Positions 29,816-39,934 of a stretch of DNA of 64,000 nt are shown one piece after another. The notes beneath the pieces were generated by a model that did not search any database, was not told the origin of the DNA, and worked only from the letters and a program-made list of their open reading frames with translations. This DNA is from a virus. The translations under genes were made by a program, and so were the position numbers. The stretch lies in the IMG/VR virus record IMGVR_UViG_3300031715_000002, positions 1 to 64,000 of that record; one strand, given 5' to 3'. Numbering within the stretch: position 1 is the stretch's first letter; each line of letters starts with the position of its first letter.

Positions 29816-30175
29816 TCATGCCGCAACGAACGATACTTCTACCGCTTGATCAGCCCGCGCTTCCACCGTCTCCACCCAATCCGCAATCTCTTGCCGCGTC
29901 CACAGGTGGTAGTCGTTCAAATGCACAATGATCCCGCACGTACCTTGCGCCACATGGCCGCACTCTGGGCAGGTCGCCGGCCGGTCGAACAGCGCCTTCC
30001 ACGCGACTGGCAGCAAGCCCGGATGATAACTGCCATTCAGGCCGATGGCGTCAAGCGCCGCTCCGAACGCGCACGTACTGGTTTCGGTGTACACGTCGCC
30101 GTAGCCCTGCTTGCGCATCAGTGAGCCAAGCCGGATAGCATCCGCTACTGTCAGTGTGGTTTCGATTGGGGTCAT
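29816..30175 (-). CDS. Phage hypothetical protein with CxxC and HLND..WTR..IADWVE motif
   Basis: Recurrent small phage protein motif. Confidence 0.65.
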   Translation of the reverse strand: MTPIETTLTVADAIRLGSLMRKQGYGDVYTETSTCAFGAALDAIGLNGSYHPGLLPVAWKALFDRPATCPECGHVAQGTCGIIVHLNDYHLWTRQEIADWVETVEARADQAVEVSFVAA

Positions 30176-30411
30176 ACGGCAACCTCAGCGCCATTGGCGG
30201 TATCTTCGCCAAGCGCCATGCTCATCAGTTTGTCTTGGGCGTCCCGCTCCTTGGCGCGCGCCTTCTCAGCCTCGCGACACAAGTCATTGATGCGCTTGCG
30301 CATCGCGTCGATTTCCCTGTCTAGGGCAACACGCGCCTCGTAGGCAGACTTAAGCTCTTGAGCCACCGCCGCTAATAAATCGCTCACGCTGCCCACTCCG
30401 TCTTTGCCCAT
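30172..30411 (-). CDS. Small coiled-coil protein
   Basis: Overlap-coupled. Confidence 0.5.
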   Translation of the reverse strand: MGKDGVGSVSDLLAAVAQELKSAYEARVALDREIDAMRKRINDLCREAEKARAKERDAQDKLMSMALGEDTANGAEVAV

Positions 30412-30593
30412 CGCTCCGCGACCTCAGTCTTTTCGATCAGCACCAATTCCTCGTGCAACTCCAACAATTCAACCTGCAACATATCGTGCAACCCCCGCAC
30501 GCTAGCACCAGCGCACCGACGCGCCAGAGCGATCAACTGCCCATCGCTCATCCCGATCCGGTCCTGTAGCTCCAGAATCTCTTCCCGTAGCAT
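30384..30593 (-). CDS. Small hypothetical protein
   Basis: GGAGG RBS upstream. Confidence 0.5.
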   Translation of the reverse strand: MLREEILELQDRIGMSDGQLIALARRCAGASVRGLHDMLQVELLELHEELVLIEKTEVAERWAKTEWAA

Positions 30594-31070
30594 GGTGACA
30601 TACCACCTCCGATCCCATGCTACAGGGTAATGGCATCATAAGCAACGGTAATAGTGTACTGGGCGTATGATTAGCCACGGAGGGGTTGGCCGAGACGCAC
30701 ACCGGTTCTCGACGGCAGTCTGCTTCTCATACTCGCAGAGTGGTAGATCGGGCCAAAGAAATTGCCTCCCGGCAAAACAGAAAGAGCTGCGTTCCACTCA
30801 GCCGGTTTGCTGTCTAGCGCCACCATGCCGTGCTTGGGGCACTGGAACTCCGCATGGCGGACGCCATGCTGGCCGAGACTGCCGGTCGGGCTGAGCCGTT
30901 CGGCCCTTGGATTAGGTACTTAAGTACTTTATTTTCAATGTAAAAGATAACAGTATAGAGCAATATACTGATAACCATTTTCTTTAAATTTTCCCCGAAC
31001 CCTTATTGACGCGGAGGCGTCCATCATGTTGACATATATATCAACACCATCTGTTGTTCTGGAGATATAT

Positions 31071-31391
31071 ATGAGCCATTGGGCTAAACCGAATGAATGG
31101 GCGGCGGACACTGACGATTTGGAGATTGTCGAAGAATCGGCACTTGCCATGGCGCAATCGACTATCCAGAACGCCATGAATAGGAGTGGGATCTCTCGTT
31201 CTGAGATGGCACGGCGCATGGACTGCCACCGCTCATTCGTCTCGCGAATGATGACCGGAGACCATAATCTGACGATTAAGACTATGGCGAGAAGTTTGGC
31301 TGTTTGTGGATTCGAGATCCGGTTTCAGCCGGTCACTCTCGAATGCACGTGGGCCGATGCTGGAGCCAGGGAGCGATACGTTGAGCGTTGA
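31071..31391 (+). CDS. XRE-family HTH protein (antitoxin-like)
   Basis: GISRSEMARRM..SFVSRMM.G..NLTIKTM; GGAG RBS. Confidence 0.8.
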   Translation: MSHWAKPNEWAADTDDLEIVEESALAMAQSTIQNAMNRSGISRSEMARRMDCHRSFVSRMMTGDHNLTIKTMARSLAVCGFEIRFQPVTLECTWADAGARERYVER

Positions 31392-31752
31392 TATTCCATC
31401 TGTCATCGAGCAAATGGACCTTCGGGTTTTCATCCGATTCGATGAAGACTACCGGGTCTACAGTGCGTGCTGTATAGATACTGGAGCGGTGGCCACTGGC
31501 GAAACCATCGAAGAGGCCGAATCGCTCATCAAGAGCATTCTTGAAAATGATCTTCGCCACGCAATACGAGAAGGCAGCCTCAAGAGTTTGTTTCACTCCC
31601 AAGCGCCTTATGATGCCATCGCTGGATGGTGGGAAGCAAAGGCAGTAGATCCTGAGGCCCTCAAGCGGATTGCTTTGGACGTTTCGCCTAGTCCACAAAA
31701 ACGTGGGGCGCAATCTGAATTCAGGTTCAAGGCCAGAGAGAGTGTAGCCTGA
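31381..31752 (+). CDS. HicB-like antitoxin
   Basis: YSACCIDTGAVATGETIEEAESLIK motif. Confidence 0.65.
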   Translation: MSVDIPSVIEQMDLRVFIRFDEDYRVYSACCIDTGAVATGETIEEAESLIKSILENDLRHAIREGSLKSLFHSQAPYDAIAGWWEAKAVDPEALKRIALDVSPSPQKRGAQSEFRFKARESVA

Positions 31753-32015
31753 GACAGCTTCCCTCTCTACCGGTCGCCCTGGTAATCAAAATCGCGTCGG
31801 CAAGAGGCATTTCTCACGCGTCTGTTTTAGGAAATCAGCGACTGATGGAGTTCTTTGCGGATGGGTTTCTGACGACAATTCACACAACCGCAGACCTGGA
31901 TATGGTTGACCCGAGCAATATCATGCGGCTGGTTAACTTCTTCTCTACGAAGCTGTCGGTAATCTCTTCTGGCCGATGGCATCGGCAGAGGACGCCTAAT
32001 GAAGAAAATGGTTGA
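31749..32015 (+). CDS. Possible HicA-like toxin (CTG start, not in ORF track)
   Basis: CTGA overlap with the HicB-like stop; 88 aa, LRQLPSLPVALVIKIA..G. Confidence 0.35.
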   Translation: MRQLPSLPVALVIKIASARGISHASVLGNQRLMEFFADGFLTTIHTTADLDMVDPSNIMRLVNFFSTKLSVISSGRWHRQRTPNEENG

Positions 32016-32073
32016 CATCCGCTTGGACCTTGCGATCATCCCCAGAAACTAATTGATTCCAAAGCCTGAATAA

Positions 32074-32286
32074 TCATTCATCCGCTCCAGCAACGCACCT
32101 GCGGACACTACCCGCCGTCTTGATGTTTATATGGGCGCAATCGGCAATCCAGCGAAGCCCGATAGAGCAATTACCGCCGCGCTCCGCGCCAGCAAGAATC
32201 AGGTAAATGCGCACGGCGGCATGGGTGAGACGGGCATCCGTCGTGACCTCCCACGGGATTCTGGAATATTGGGGCTTAGGCGTCAA
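32074..32286 (-). pseudogene. Truncated HTH replication-initiator-like fragment
   Basis: YSRIPWEVTTDARLTHAAVRIY..IAD; ends abruptly at the TA cassette. Confidence 0.45.
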
Positions 32287-32553
32287 AAGTGTGGCCTTCT
32301 ACTGGTACACCACTGTGGCCTTGTACCGGTACACGTACATACACAAACTATTACGCAGTACGCGAGAACCGCATGGCAATGCGATGAAGTTCGGCGAGAT
32401 ATGCGCGGTATGATCGGATTTGCTCACGCTCTTTGGCGTAGCAGTCTCCACAGACACCATGGCGCATCCTGCCGTTGGCATGGTGGCATCGGTCGCAGAC
32501 CTTCCGCTCTCCCCGCTTGTCGATTACGCTGAATCCGCTCATAGCGTTAATTC

Positions 32554-32799
32554 CTACAGAGACGCCATGCACTCCATTGGGATATCTGCTGCATCTTCTT
32601 CTGGACGATAGGCCGGAACTTCGGAGACGCACTCAAAAATGCAGATCCCTCTGCTCTCAAGTTTCAAATTCCGAGCTTTCTTTTCGCACTCCCCCAGGGA
32701 ATCGAACCATTCGACCATGCAGCCGAACGGATTTATGAACATGTACTTGTTTTTCATCACAGCCCTTAGCGCATCACTCGCTACTCGCGCAGTTTTCAT
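32554..32799 (-). CDS. Small hypothetical protein
   Basis: Follows TerL on the same strand. Confidence 0.4.
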   Translation of the reverse strand: MKTARVASDALRAVMKNKYMFINPFGCMVEWFDSLGECEKKARNLKLESRGICIFECVSEVPAYRPEEDAADIPMECMASL

Positions 32800-32828
32800 T
32801 TTACGCTACTGCGCACTAACGTATAGGA

Positions 32829-34127
32829 CTACCCCCGATTCCTCTGCATCCGGTACGGACTCGTCCAACCCTCTGGTTTTGTTGTATTTGAGGACATTGA
32901 GAGGTTTGCCGCCATGAAGGAACCGAACTGCTTGCCAGCAGATAGTACTTCTTTGGCCTTCGCTACACCCTGCCAGCCGATTGCGAGCGCCATCACCAAA
33001 TCGTCATGCCCCCCGGCCGGCGCCGAGTACTTCATCAGGCCGCCAGCGCCAGGCTTACCCTCAAACGCCTGCAATTCGCCAATCAGTGCCGGGTCATTCG
33101 GAATCTTGATTTCGCAGCGCTCGAAGGCCAGAGCCAAGGATTGAATGATCTCAGACTTGCTGGCGTAGGTCGTGGTGAATGCCTGAACCTTCAAGCCGTC
33201 GTTGGCAAGCTGCTCAATAACCGGCTGGCCCATGGAGTTCGCTTCAGCGATGATGAGCGGTTTGCCGTGACGCAGATACATGGCCTGTAGCCGGCCACGC
33301 TGAAGGCTGTACTCGATGCCCCGGAACCGGTCAAGTTCCAACACCTTGCCATCTTCGCTGATGCACGCAAACACGGTGTAGTCGTTCACTCGGCCCCAGT
33401 CCACACCGATGCACGACGGCACACCTTCGAGCGGTTGCACCGATACTGCATCCATGATCTTGCGGAAAACCGCGCCTTGCCACGTGACGAACTGCGCAAG
33501 CCCCTCCTGAGCAAAAGCCAGATCCGTCATATCCCGCTTCATCGCCTCGATCTCTGATGGCAACGTATGCGGGTTCATGTGGCTCGGCATCTGCCAGGAG
33601 CACCACTCTGGCTTTAGCGGATCTTGCCCGTAGGTGAACAGGATATAGAAATCATTAGCCGTGCCGCGCGGTGTGCTCAGAAACCAAGCATCGCCCTGGT
33701 AATCCATTAGTTGCGAACGCAGGTTGAGTTCCCACGCCGTTTTGAGGTTACTCACTTTGGCCGCCTCATCCACCACAATGCGAGCGTAAGCGCGACCGCG
33801 ACCCGAATCGGCATCGTTTAGTGACCAGCCCTCAATCACGCCGCCACCAATAATTTCCATGCGGTGATCTTTATCTGACTTGCCTACAATTACTTCTCTC
33901 AGCGTATGACAAAGTGCGCGCCAAACGTCCTCCAAATCTTTGTACGTCGGCGCGAACCACGCAGCGGGCTTACCCTTCAGTGCCGGATGGATTACCCGAT
34001 CCATTCCCAGTGTCGTCTTGCCGAACCGCCGGCCGCAATCCACTACCGTAAACCGCTTCGATTGCTGGATGATCTCCATTTGTGCCGGGTGCGGTTGCGG
34101 GAGCACCAATTGAATGTTCTTGCTCAT
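32829..34127 (-). CDS. terL: Terminase large subunit
   Basis: Walker A GRRFGKT, Walker B VVDEAA, STPRG, nuclease motifs GVDWG and HDDLVMALA. Confidence 0.95.
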   Translation of the reverse strand: MSKNIQLVLPQPHPAQMEIIQQSKRFTVVDCGRRFGKTTLGMDRVIHPALKGKPAAWFAPTYKDLEDVWRALCHTLREVIVGKSDKDHRMEIIGGGVIEGWSLNDADSGRGRAYARIVVDEAAKVSNLKTAWELNLRSQLMDYQGDAWFLSTPRGTANDFYILFTYGQDPLKPEWCSWQMPSHMNPHTLPSEIEAMKRDMTDLAFAQEGLAQFVTWQGAVFRKIMDAVSVQPLEGVPSCIGVDWGRVNDYTVFACISEDGKVLELDRFRGIEYSLQRGRLQAMYLRHGKPLIIAEANSMGQPVIEQLANDGLKVQAFTTTYASKSEIIQSLALAFERCEIKIPNDPALIGELQAFEGKPGAGGLMKYSAPAGGHDDLVMALAIGWQGVAKAKEVLSAGKQFGSFMAANLSMSSNTTKPEGWTSPYRMQRNRG

Positions 34128-34758
34128 GGCCGTTGCCGTTCGTAACGATTACCGTGCTGCGGGTTAGTTTGGTGTCGAGATGCTGGTAGGTGACAGTGAC
34201 GTTGACATCGCCGCCTGCCTTGATGCCTTCATCCCACTGGCCCATCTCGACAGCAATTTGTTTCTCATGCTCACGGAGTTCTCTCAGCAGTCCAGTGTCT
34301 ACCGGGTACTCTGGGATCAGTTTCGAGATTTCAACGAACTGCGTCTTGCCATCGACGACACGCTGCTCTGTGACGCGAGCCGATTTGAACTCCACTGCCA
34401 CGAGGCCGGTATCTCCGCCAGGAATCTCAGGCCGGTTGTAGACTTTGGCGCGTGCCTCGATAACCTTGTCCAGGCCCGTGCATCGCTTGTCTAGAGCTTG
34501 GATGCGCTTGTGGCGCAATGCCCGCCCGGAGTTTTCGGTCCTGCGGATGATTTTGGCAAGCTCGGATTGGATGCGGGCCTGGAATTCAGGATAGGTTTTC
34601 CACATCCTGATGGCACGGTCAGTGCAGCCAACCTGTGACCCGATTCCAGCATCGGTGAGCACGTCTTCTGCGAGCATTTGGGCTGCGCGCTCACGCTTTG
34701 GCGTCCACTTCCAAGGCTCCAAAGCCTTTGTTTCTGCGGGGTTTAAGCTACGATCCAT
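33970..34758 (-). CDS. terS: Terminase small subunit-like HTH protein
   Basis: N-terminal HTH ending RMWK..PEF; directly upstream of TerL. Confidence 0.7.
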   Translation of the reverse strand: MDRSLNPAETKALEPWKWTPKRERAAQMLAEDVLTDAGIGSQVGCTDRAIRMWKTYPEFQARIQSELAKIIRRTENSGRALRHKRIQALDKRCTGLDKVIEARAKVYNRPEIPGGDTGLVAVEFKSARVTEQRVVDGKTQFVEISKLIPEYPVDTGLLRELREHEKQIAVEMGQWDEGIKAGGDVNVTVTYQHLDTKLTRSTVIVTNGNGHEQEHSIGAPATAPGTNGDHPAIEAVYGSGLRPAVRQDDTGNGSGNPSGTEG

Positions 34759-34797
34759 AGGAAAATAACGGCAGGGCTATTGTATTAGCCCTGCTTA

Positions 34798-35409
34798 TTA
34801 TGCAGCATGTGCTTTATCGCCCAAACTAAACTTGCAACCGCACTCTGGGCAAGTGATCTGATTGGAGCCGCTGCCACTTCCGAGCGAAAGCGGGTCGTCA
34901 CCGCCGAAAGGGATGCCGACGGAAAGTTGGTCCAACAGGTCCGTCAAGCCTGGAGTGAGATTGGCCCCGAGGTCACTCTGGCGGATGTCACCGATGAGGG
35001 AATCGAGCAAGGATTGGTCTGTGCCTGCCATGGCGGCAATCGGGTCCATGGAAGCGAGCGCTAGTTTTTCTTCTGCTTCCGAAAGCTCCACGTAAGTGAT
35101 TGGGACTGTCGGCTGATTGCTGCTGATGGCCATCGCGATTCGCAAATGCCCATCGACCACGTGCTGAGTGGTAATGTTCACTACTACATTCTGGATCACG
35201 CCGATGGTTTCAAGCGTGCCAGCGAGCGCTTCCTGTTGCGCTTGAGGATGCAAGCGAAAGTTGAAAGGGTTGCTTAAAAGTTGATCTGGCGCTTCCTCGC
35301 CGTAGCCACGGATTCTGTTTTTCCAGACAACTGGGCCGGTTAACGGTTGGCCGTTCTGCGCCTGCTTTTCCTTCGCCAAGTGGCGAGCGCCGCGTTGCTC
35401 ACGCATCAA
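34798..35409 (-). CDS. ParB/Srx-like domain protein
   Basis: NPFNFRLHP, VVDGHLR, C-terminal CPECG. Confidence 0.8.
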   Translation of the reverse strand: MMREQRGARHLAKEKQAQNGQPLTGPVVWKNRIRGYGEEAPDQLLSNPFNFRLHPQAQQEALAGTLETIGVIQNVVVNITTQHVVDGHLRIAMAISSNQPTVPITYVELSEAEEKLALASMDPIAAMAGTDQSLLDSLIGDIRQSDLGANLTPGLTDLLDQLSVGIPFGGDDPLSLGSGSGSNQITCPECGCKFSLGDKAHAA

Positions 35410-35628
35410 CCGCCCACCTGATCAATACGCGCCGGAAAAATTTTCATTGAGACGACGGCCACTCCATCCTCGTAGGACAGCGAGAGGCTGCCATATAAGA
35501 TTGAAGAGTCAAACGAATCTCCGCTTTCGATGTCGAATGGCTGCAAGACCACGGACGCTCTGCCAAGCACATCTTGCTTCCTGATAATTCTCAGGCCAAT
35601 TTGCATATCGCTTCAGGATACCGCCGTT

Positions 35629-36069
35629 TTACGCCCCCATCCCCATCTGAATTCGGTAGCCCATGTGCTTCAACCAGTCTATCGAAACTGAGAGCACTGG
35701 CATTTCCGACTGGCGGTTGAGTTCGTGATATTCGCGGCGGGTGCGCTGGTAGATCGGGCAATCTGGCGTGACACGCACCGGCATGGCGAAGGCTTCTTTG
35801 GCCTGGATGTACTTGACACGCGACCGCGACCCGCCCACGAGGAACATGCCGGTCAAGATGAACAGCTTGGCGTCCTCGAAAGGAACATCGGCAACGAACT
35901 TGCGCTCATGGTCCAAGTACATGACGCTCTGTGCTTTAGTGGCGGATACCGCATCCGCAATGTGTTTTTCTTGGAGGAGTGCCATCGGAAGGAATTTTGA
36001 CCGGCTGGAAATAGAACCGCCCCGCGGTGTCGGGCTACCGCAGGTGATTCTATCCAGCCACGCGCTCAC
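35629..36069 (-). CDS. Hypothetical protein (start probably downstream, MALLQ)
   Basis: First ORF of the packaging-side transcript. Confidence 0.5.
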   Translation of the reverse strand: MSAWLDRITCGSPTPRGGSISSRSKFLPMALLQEKHIADAVSATKAQSVMYLDHERKFVADVPFEDAKLFILTGMFLVGGSRSRVKYIQAKEAFAMPVRVTPDCPIYQRTRREYHELNRQSEMPVLSVSIDWLKHMGYRIQMGMGA

Positions 36070-36186
36070 AGCTTAGCGGACCCGCGCGTCGGCCCGTAGT
36101 GCGGTGATTGCTTAGGACGTTGTGCCCTTTGGCATTTCGTAAGCGATTGTACCTTATAGCGCAATGGTAATGGAAGAAAAATGCCA

Positions 36187-36216
36187 TTGACTCCACAGGA
36201 TTACATGTTATATCCT
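36187..36216 (+). promoter_or_regulatory. Sigma70-like promoter of the plus-strand island
   Basis: TTGACT-18-TATCCT in an AT-rich divergent gap. Confidence 0.45.
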
Positions 36217-36226
36217 ATGTTGTCTC

Positions 36227-36424
36227 ATGATTCCATCGAAGCCGCACCCAAAGCGCTCCACAGACCCTCAGATGGACGGCTACCTCACACCACAGCAGGC
36301 GGCCAAGGCGATAGGCGTCACGCGGAGGACCATCTACAGAATGATCTCAACTCATAAGCTCAAGGCGCGGCAACCCAGCGGCCCACATGGGGTGTGGCGG
36401 ATAAGGCGGGAGGATCTACCGTGA
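36227..36424 (+). CDS. Excisionase-like HTH_17 DNA-binding protein
   Basis: YLTPQQAAKAIGVTRRTIYRMI...WRI. Confidence 0.8.
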   Translation: MIPSKPHPKRSTDPQMDGYLTPQQAAKAIGVTRRTIYRMISTHKLKARQPSGPHGVWRIRREDLP

Positions 36425-37107
36425 CCGGTGAACTGCAAGAGATGTACATCGCTCTCGGGATATCTCTGTTGTCTCTTATCGCGAGTTGTATCGTACTTAG
36501 AATCCCACACCGCCTGTTTCACCAGTGGGAAAAGTGGCAGGAGATTCCACCAGACCCAATTGGCATTCAATCCCTGTACTTGATTCAAGAGCGCTGCTGC
36601 AAGACGTGCGGGCTGAATAAAGATGAGGTGATCGACAAGGTTACCGGGAGGTTGGCGTTGCTATGACTATGCTCCAGGACGCCATCGCGCGCGTTTACCG
36701 GCAGTTGCAGTATGCACTTGACCGCCGAGAACTGAACGCCAAAGAGCGTCGCCTGTTTGAGATTACGAGGGCCGCTACGGAGCGATACAGCCGAGAGGAA
36801 ACGAGGAAATAAAGTCATGTTCTTTCGCGTCCAAGCCGCGCCACGCCGCGCTGAAGCACCGACTGATACTCAGGGGCCTGCCAGCAATTCGGAAGGCGCA
36901 GAACGCCCACGGCACATCGACGCATGGAATCCGAGCGGCAAGGTGTAGGGATACCCCCAAACGCGGGGAGTACCTAACTCGTACTACCCGCATCTTTTCC
37001 CTTGCAATGATCGCTATCCAAGCGCAGAATGAGAATTGCCAAGCGGTTCCTACACACTCTGGATCAGAGCAAAAGGTGCTGAGAACCGTGAGGCAAATTT
37101 TACTCAT

Positions 37108-38463
37108 ATGACACCAACAGCAGATCGTCCCACCACGCCGGAAGGCAACCTGATCTACCGTATCCCCGAGGGCAACATGGAGGCCCTTAAGGTTCGGGTT
37201 GAGAAACTGAACCGCCGCGCCGCCAAGCTGCACATGGGGCCGCTGGTGCTGTCTGAGATCGGCGAGGCATTCGAGACGCGCGTAAAGCACGCCGATTCGA
37301 CTGGCGACTTCGGCCCGCGCCGCCGCATCGAGTATCAGTTACGCTTTGCCCTCGTGACACTCACTGGAAACTGCCCGCGCGTCAACGGTTGGGCCATGGC
37401 CGCTACCATTCAGCACGAAGATGGCGGAAATATTCTGCGCACCGTGCCGGGATTTGAAACCAGCCTGCCGCTTGAGTATCGTACCGCCGAAACTGGATGC
37501 GATCATTGCCAAACCAAACGCATCCGCAAGGACACCTATGTCCTTCAGTCCGAAACCGGCGAATGGAAGCAGGTCGGGCGCAACTGCCTTGCCGATTTCT
37601 TGCGCACCGAGAACGCAGCGGGATTGGCTGAATACGCCGAACTGCTTGCGGGGCTGGACGGCGAGCTTGGCGCTTACGAGGATGAGGGTTTCGGCGGCTC
37701 TGGCATCCGGGTTTACTGGAACACGCTAACGTTGCTCACCCAGGTTGCTTGCTGCGTACGCGCCGATGGATGGTGCTCTCGGACAGAGGCGCGGAACTCT
37801 TATGTTCCCAAGTGCGCTACGGTAGACGCCGCGCTCAATTGCTTCGACCAGAACTTCTGGGACCGGCTCACGGCCAGCAAGCAAGCTGCGTACACCCCGA
37901 CCGAAGAGGATAAAGCCAAGGCAACCGGCGCTATCGAATGGGCACAATCGCTCTCAGCCGATGTCACCAACGATTACCTCTGGAACATTCGCGTCGTCAG
38001 CCAGCGTGAGCAGATTGGCCCGCGCGAAGCCGGCTTGGCCGGTTCCATCATCGCCGCCTACAACCGCTATCTGGAACAAGAGATGGCCCGCAAGTACGAA
38101 CGCGATAATCCGAGCAACTGGTTCGGCGAAGTCGGCAAGCGCGAAGTATTCACGTTTACCGTGATGGGTTTGCGCGAAATGGAGAACGATTTTGGCCTGA
38201 CTACGCTGGTAACGTTCCGCGATGCCGCCGGCAACCGCGCGAAGTGGTTCTGCTCCGGGGAATGCAGCATGGAGGTCGGCTCCGTGGTTACGGTAAAGGC
38301 GACCGTCAAAGAGCACGACGAATATAAGGGAAGCAAGCAGACGCTGCTGAGCCGTGTGTCTCTGTACGATGCGGCCGCAGAGGCGGCGGCAAAGGCTGAA
38401 AAGAAAGTAGCCGCCAAAGCCGCTCGCAATGCAGCCAAGGCCAACTTGCAGGAGGTGGCTTAA
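37108..38463 (+). CDS. Conserved phage protein with Zn finger and C-terminal OB-like fold
   Basis: CDHC..RIRKDTY..QVGRNCL; VKATVKEHDEYKG.KQT.L.R. Confidence 0.75.
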   Translation: MTPTADRPTTPEGNLIYRIPEGNMEALKVRVEKLNRRAAKLHMGPLVLSEIGEAFETRVKHADSTGDFGPRRRIEYQLRFALVTLTGNCPRVNGWAMAATIQHEDGGNILRTVPGFETSLPLEYRTAETGCDHCQTKRIRKDTYVLQSETGEWKQVGRNCLADFLRTENAAGLAEYAELLAGLDGELGAYEDEGFGGSGIRVYWNTLTLLTQVACCVRADGWCSRTEARNSYVPKCATVDAALNCFDQNFWDRLTASKQAAYTPTEEDKAKATGAIEWAQSLSADVTNDYLWNIRVVSQREQIGPREAGLAGSIIAAYNRYLEQEMARKYERDNPSNWFGEVGKREVFTFTVMGLREMENDFGLTTLVTFRDAAGNRAKWFCSGECSMEVGSVVTVKATVKEHDEYKGSKQTLLSRVSLYDAAAEAAAKAEKKVAAKAARNAAKANLQEVA

Positions 38464-39165
38464 TGATCCGCTACACCATCACCACGAATGGCTACGGCAC
38501 CATCGAGCTTGGCGGGATGGCCGATAAGGCCATCGAGTACGAACGGGAGCGCGCCAAGATGACGGCGGGGCAGCGCGCGGCGAGCCTGTGCGCGCAGGAG
38601 AGGGACTGATGACTTGGGACGAAGAAACCGAGAACTTTCTGCCGGCCCAATGCGATTGCGGCAACTGCGATGAGTGTTGTGAGCGCGCAGTGCGCGAGAT
38701 GAACCGCGCGGGAGAGGTCGAGGAACAACAACTGGCGGTCGAACTGCCGGAGGAACTTCAATGATCCTCTGCTCTCTCGTTTGCCTCGCTATTGTGGTCT
38801 GCCCAATCGCGCTTGGCGCGGTGCTCTGGTGGGCCGCAGAACGCACGGCACTGGTGGTCGATGAATGGCTGGAGGGACGCCATGAGTTGGATTGAGATCA
38901 CCATAGCGTGGATCTTTGCAGTATGGATGCCGCTGTCGTTTGTGGCCGTGATGGTCTGGGCGGCATGGCAAGGAATCAAGTTTCTCGCGGCGCTGCTGCG
39001 AGGTTGAGCCGGGATGGCTCCCGTTAGCCCTTTGGGCGAAAGGCCAGTTGCCGGACTTACAACCGGTAGCCAACCGCCATGGTGGCAGTGCGCGAAAGCT
39101 GGCGGTGACTTTTTGCGGAAGAGTTGGGTTTTCAAGACGAAAACTCACCGAAATTTATAGCGAGT

Positions 39166-39195
39166 TTGCAAAGTTTACGGCCCTTGCCCTATAAT
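39166..39195 (+). promoter_or_regulatory. Sigma70-like promoter
   Basis: TTGCAA-18-TATAAT upstream of a structured leader. Confidence 0.55.
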
Positions 39196-39662
39196 GGGGT
39201 TCCCAGTCTCTCCGCGGGGATTGGAAAGGTCGTATAGAGCGATACCACGGGCGGTTGCGCTATCAGCCGCCCAGTCGCTCTCAACCCTATAGCGAGGGTT
39301 TGTGAGAACAATCAAACGAAGGCCATCCCGAAGCATTAACCCAACACACCCTCATACCGCGCTTCGCTCATTTCGAGGTGCGGCGGGTGTCTTGCGCCGC
39401 GTGTGGTGGACCTCCGGCACAAGCGTTTCTCGAAGCCAACCATCGCAACCAGTTGCTTTACTATCTAGCCCGATACCCCAGTCCCCGAGGGGGATGCGCG
39501 CGGATACCTGCGTCTGGCTGACGTAGGTTAAAACTCCGGAGACCTGCGCTTAATGGGCTTGCGCAGGCTGAACCGGTTAGATGGTTTAGCTTTAGAGTTT
39601 ACCCGCATAGGGAAGGCTAAGGATTTGAAGAAAACACCTAGCCCAAGGGCGTTTTGCGTACT

Positions 39663-39934
39663 TTATTTCCCCAACCTGAACATCGCACGCATCCGCATTG
39701 CCCCTTCTGCCTCGGTAATCGGCTTCTCTGCGCATACCCCATGGCTGCAAATCAATCCACGCGGCCCTGTCCCCATCAATCGGCACACCATCGGGCGCAC
39801 TTCGTAAACGGAGCATCTGTGGTCCTTCAACAGACTGCAATCAAGCGTTCCGGACTTATGCGCCATGAACAGGCTTCGGTCGCCTTCCGGCTCATGGCCG
39901 ATGAACTCAGAGATGCGCTCCCATTCAACCCGCG
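39663..39934 (-). pseudogene. YkgJ (CxxCxxCC) family C-terminal remnant
   Basis: VEWERI..CSLLKDHRCSVYEVRPMVCRL; N-terminus replaced by transposase. Confidence 0.7.

Noticed and set aside
30902-32066. GGCCCTTGGATT / AATTGATTCCAAAGCC as terminal inverted repeats of the TA cassette
   Set aside because: Short, gapped match with no target duplication or transposase
38600-38635. CTGATGA...GAAAC resembling a hammerhead ribozyme core
   Set aside because: Stem II does not close properly; explained by a TGA/ATG stop-start overlap of small genes (MTWDEET...)
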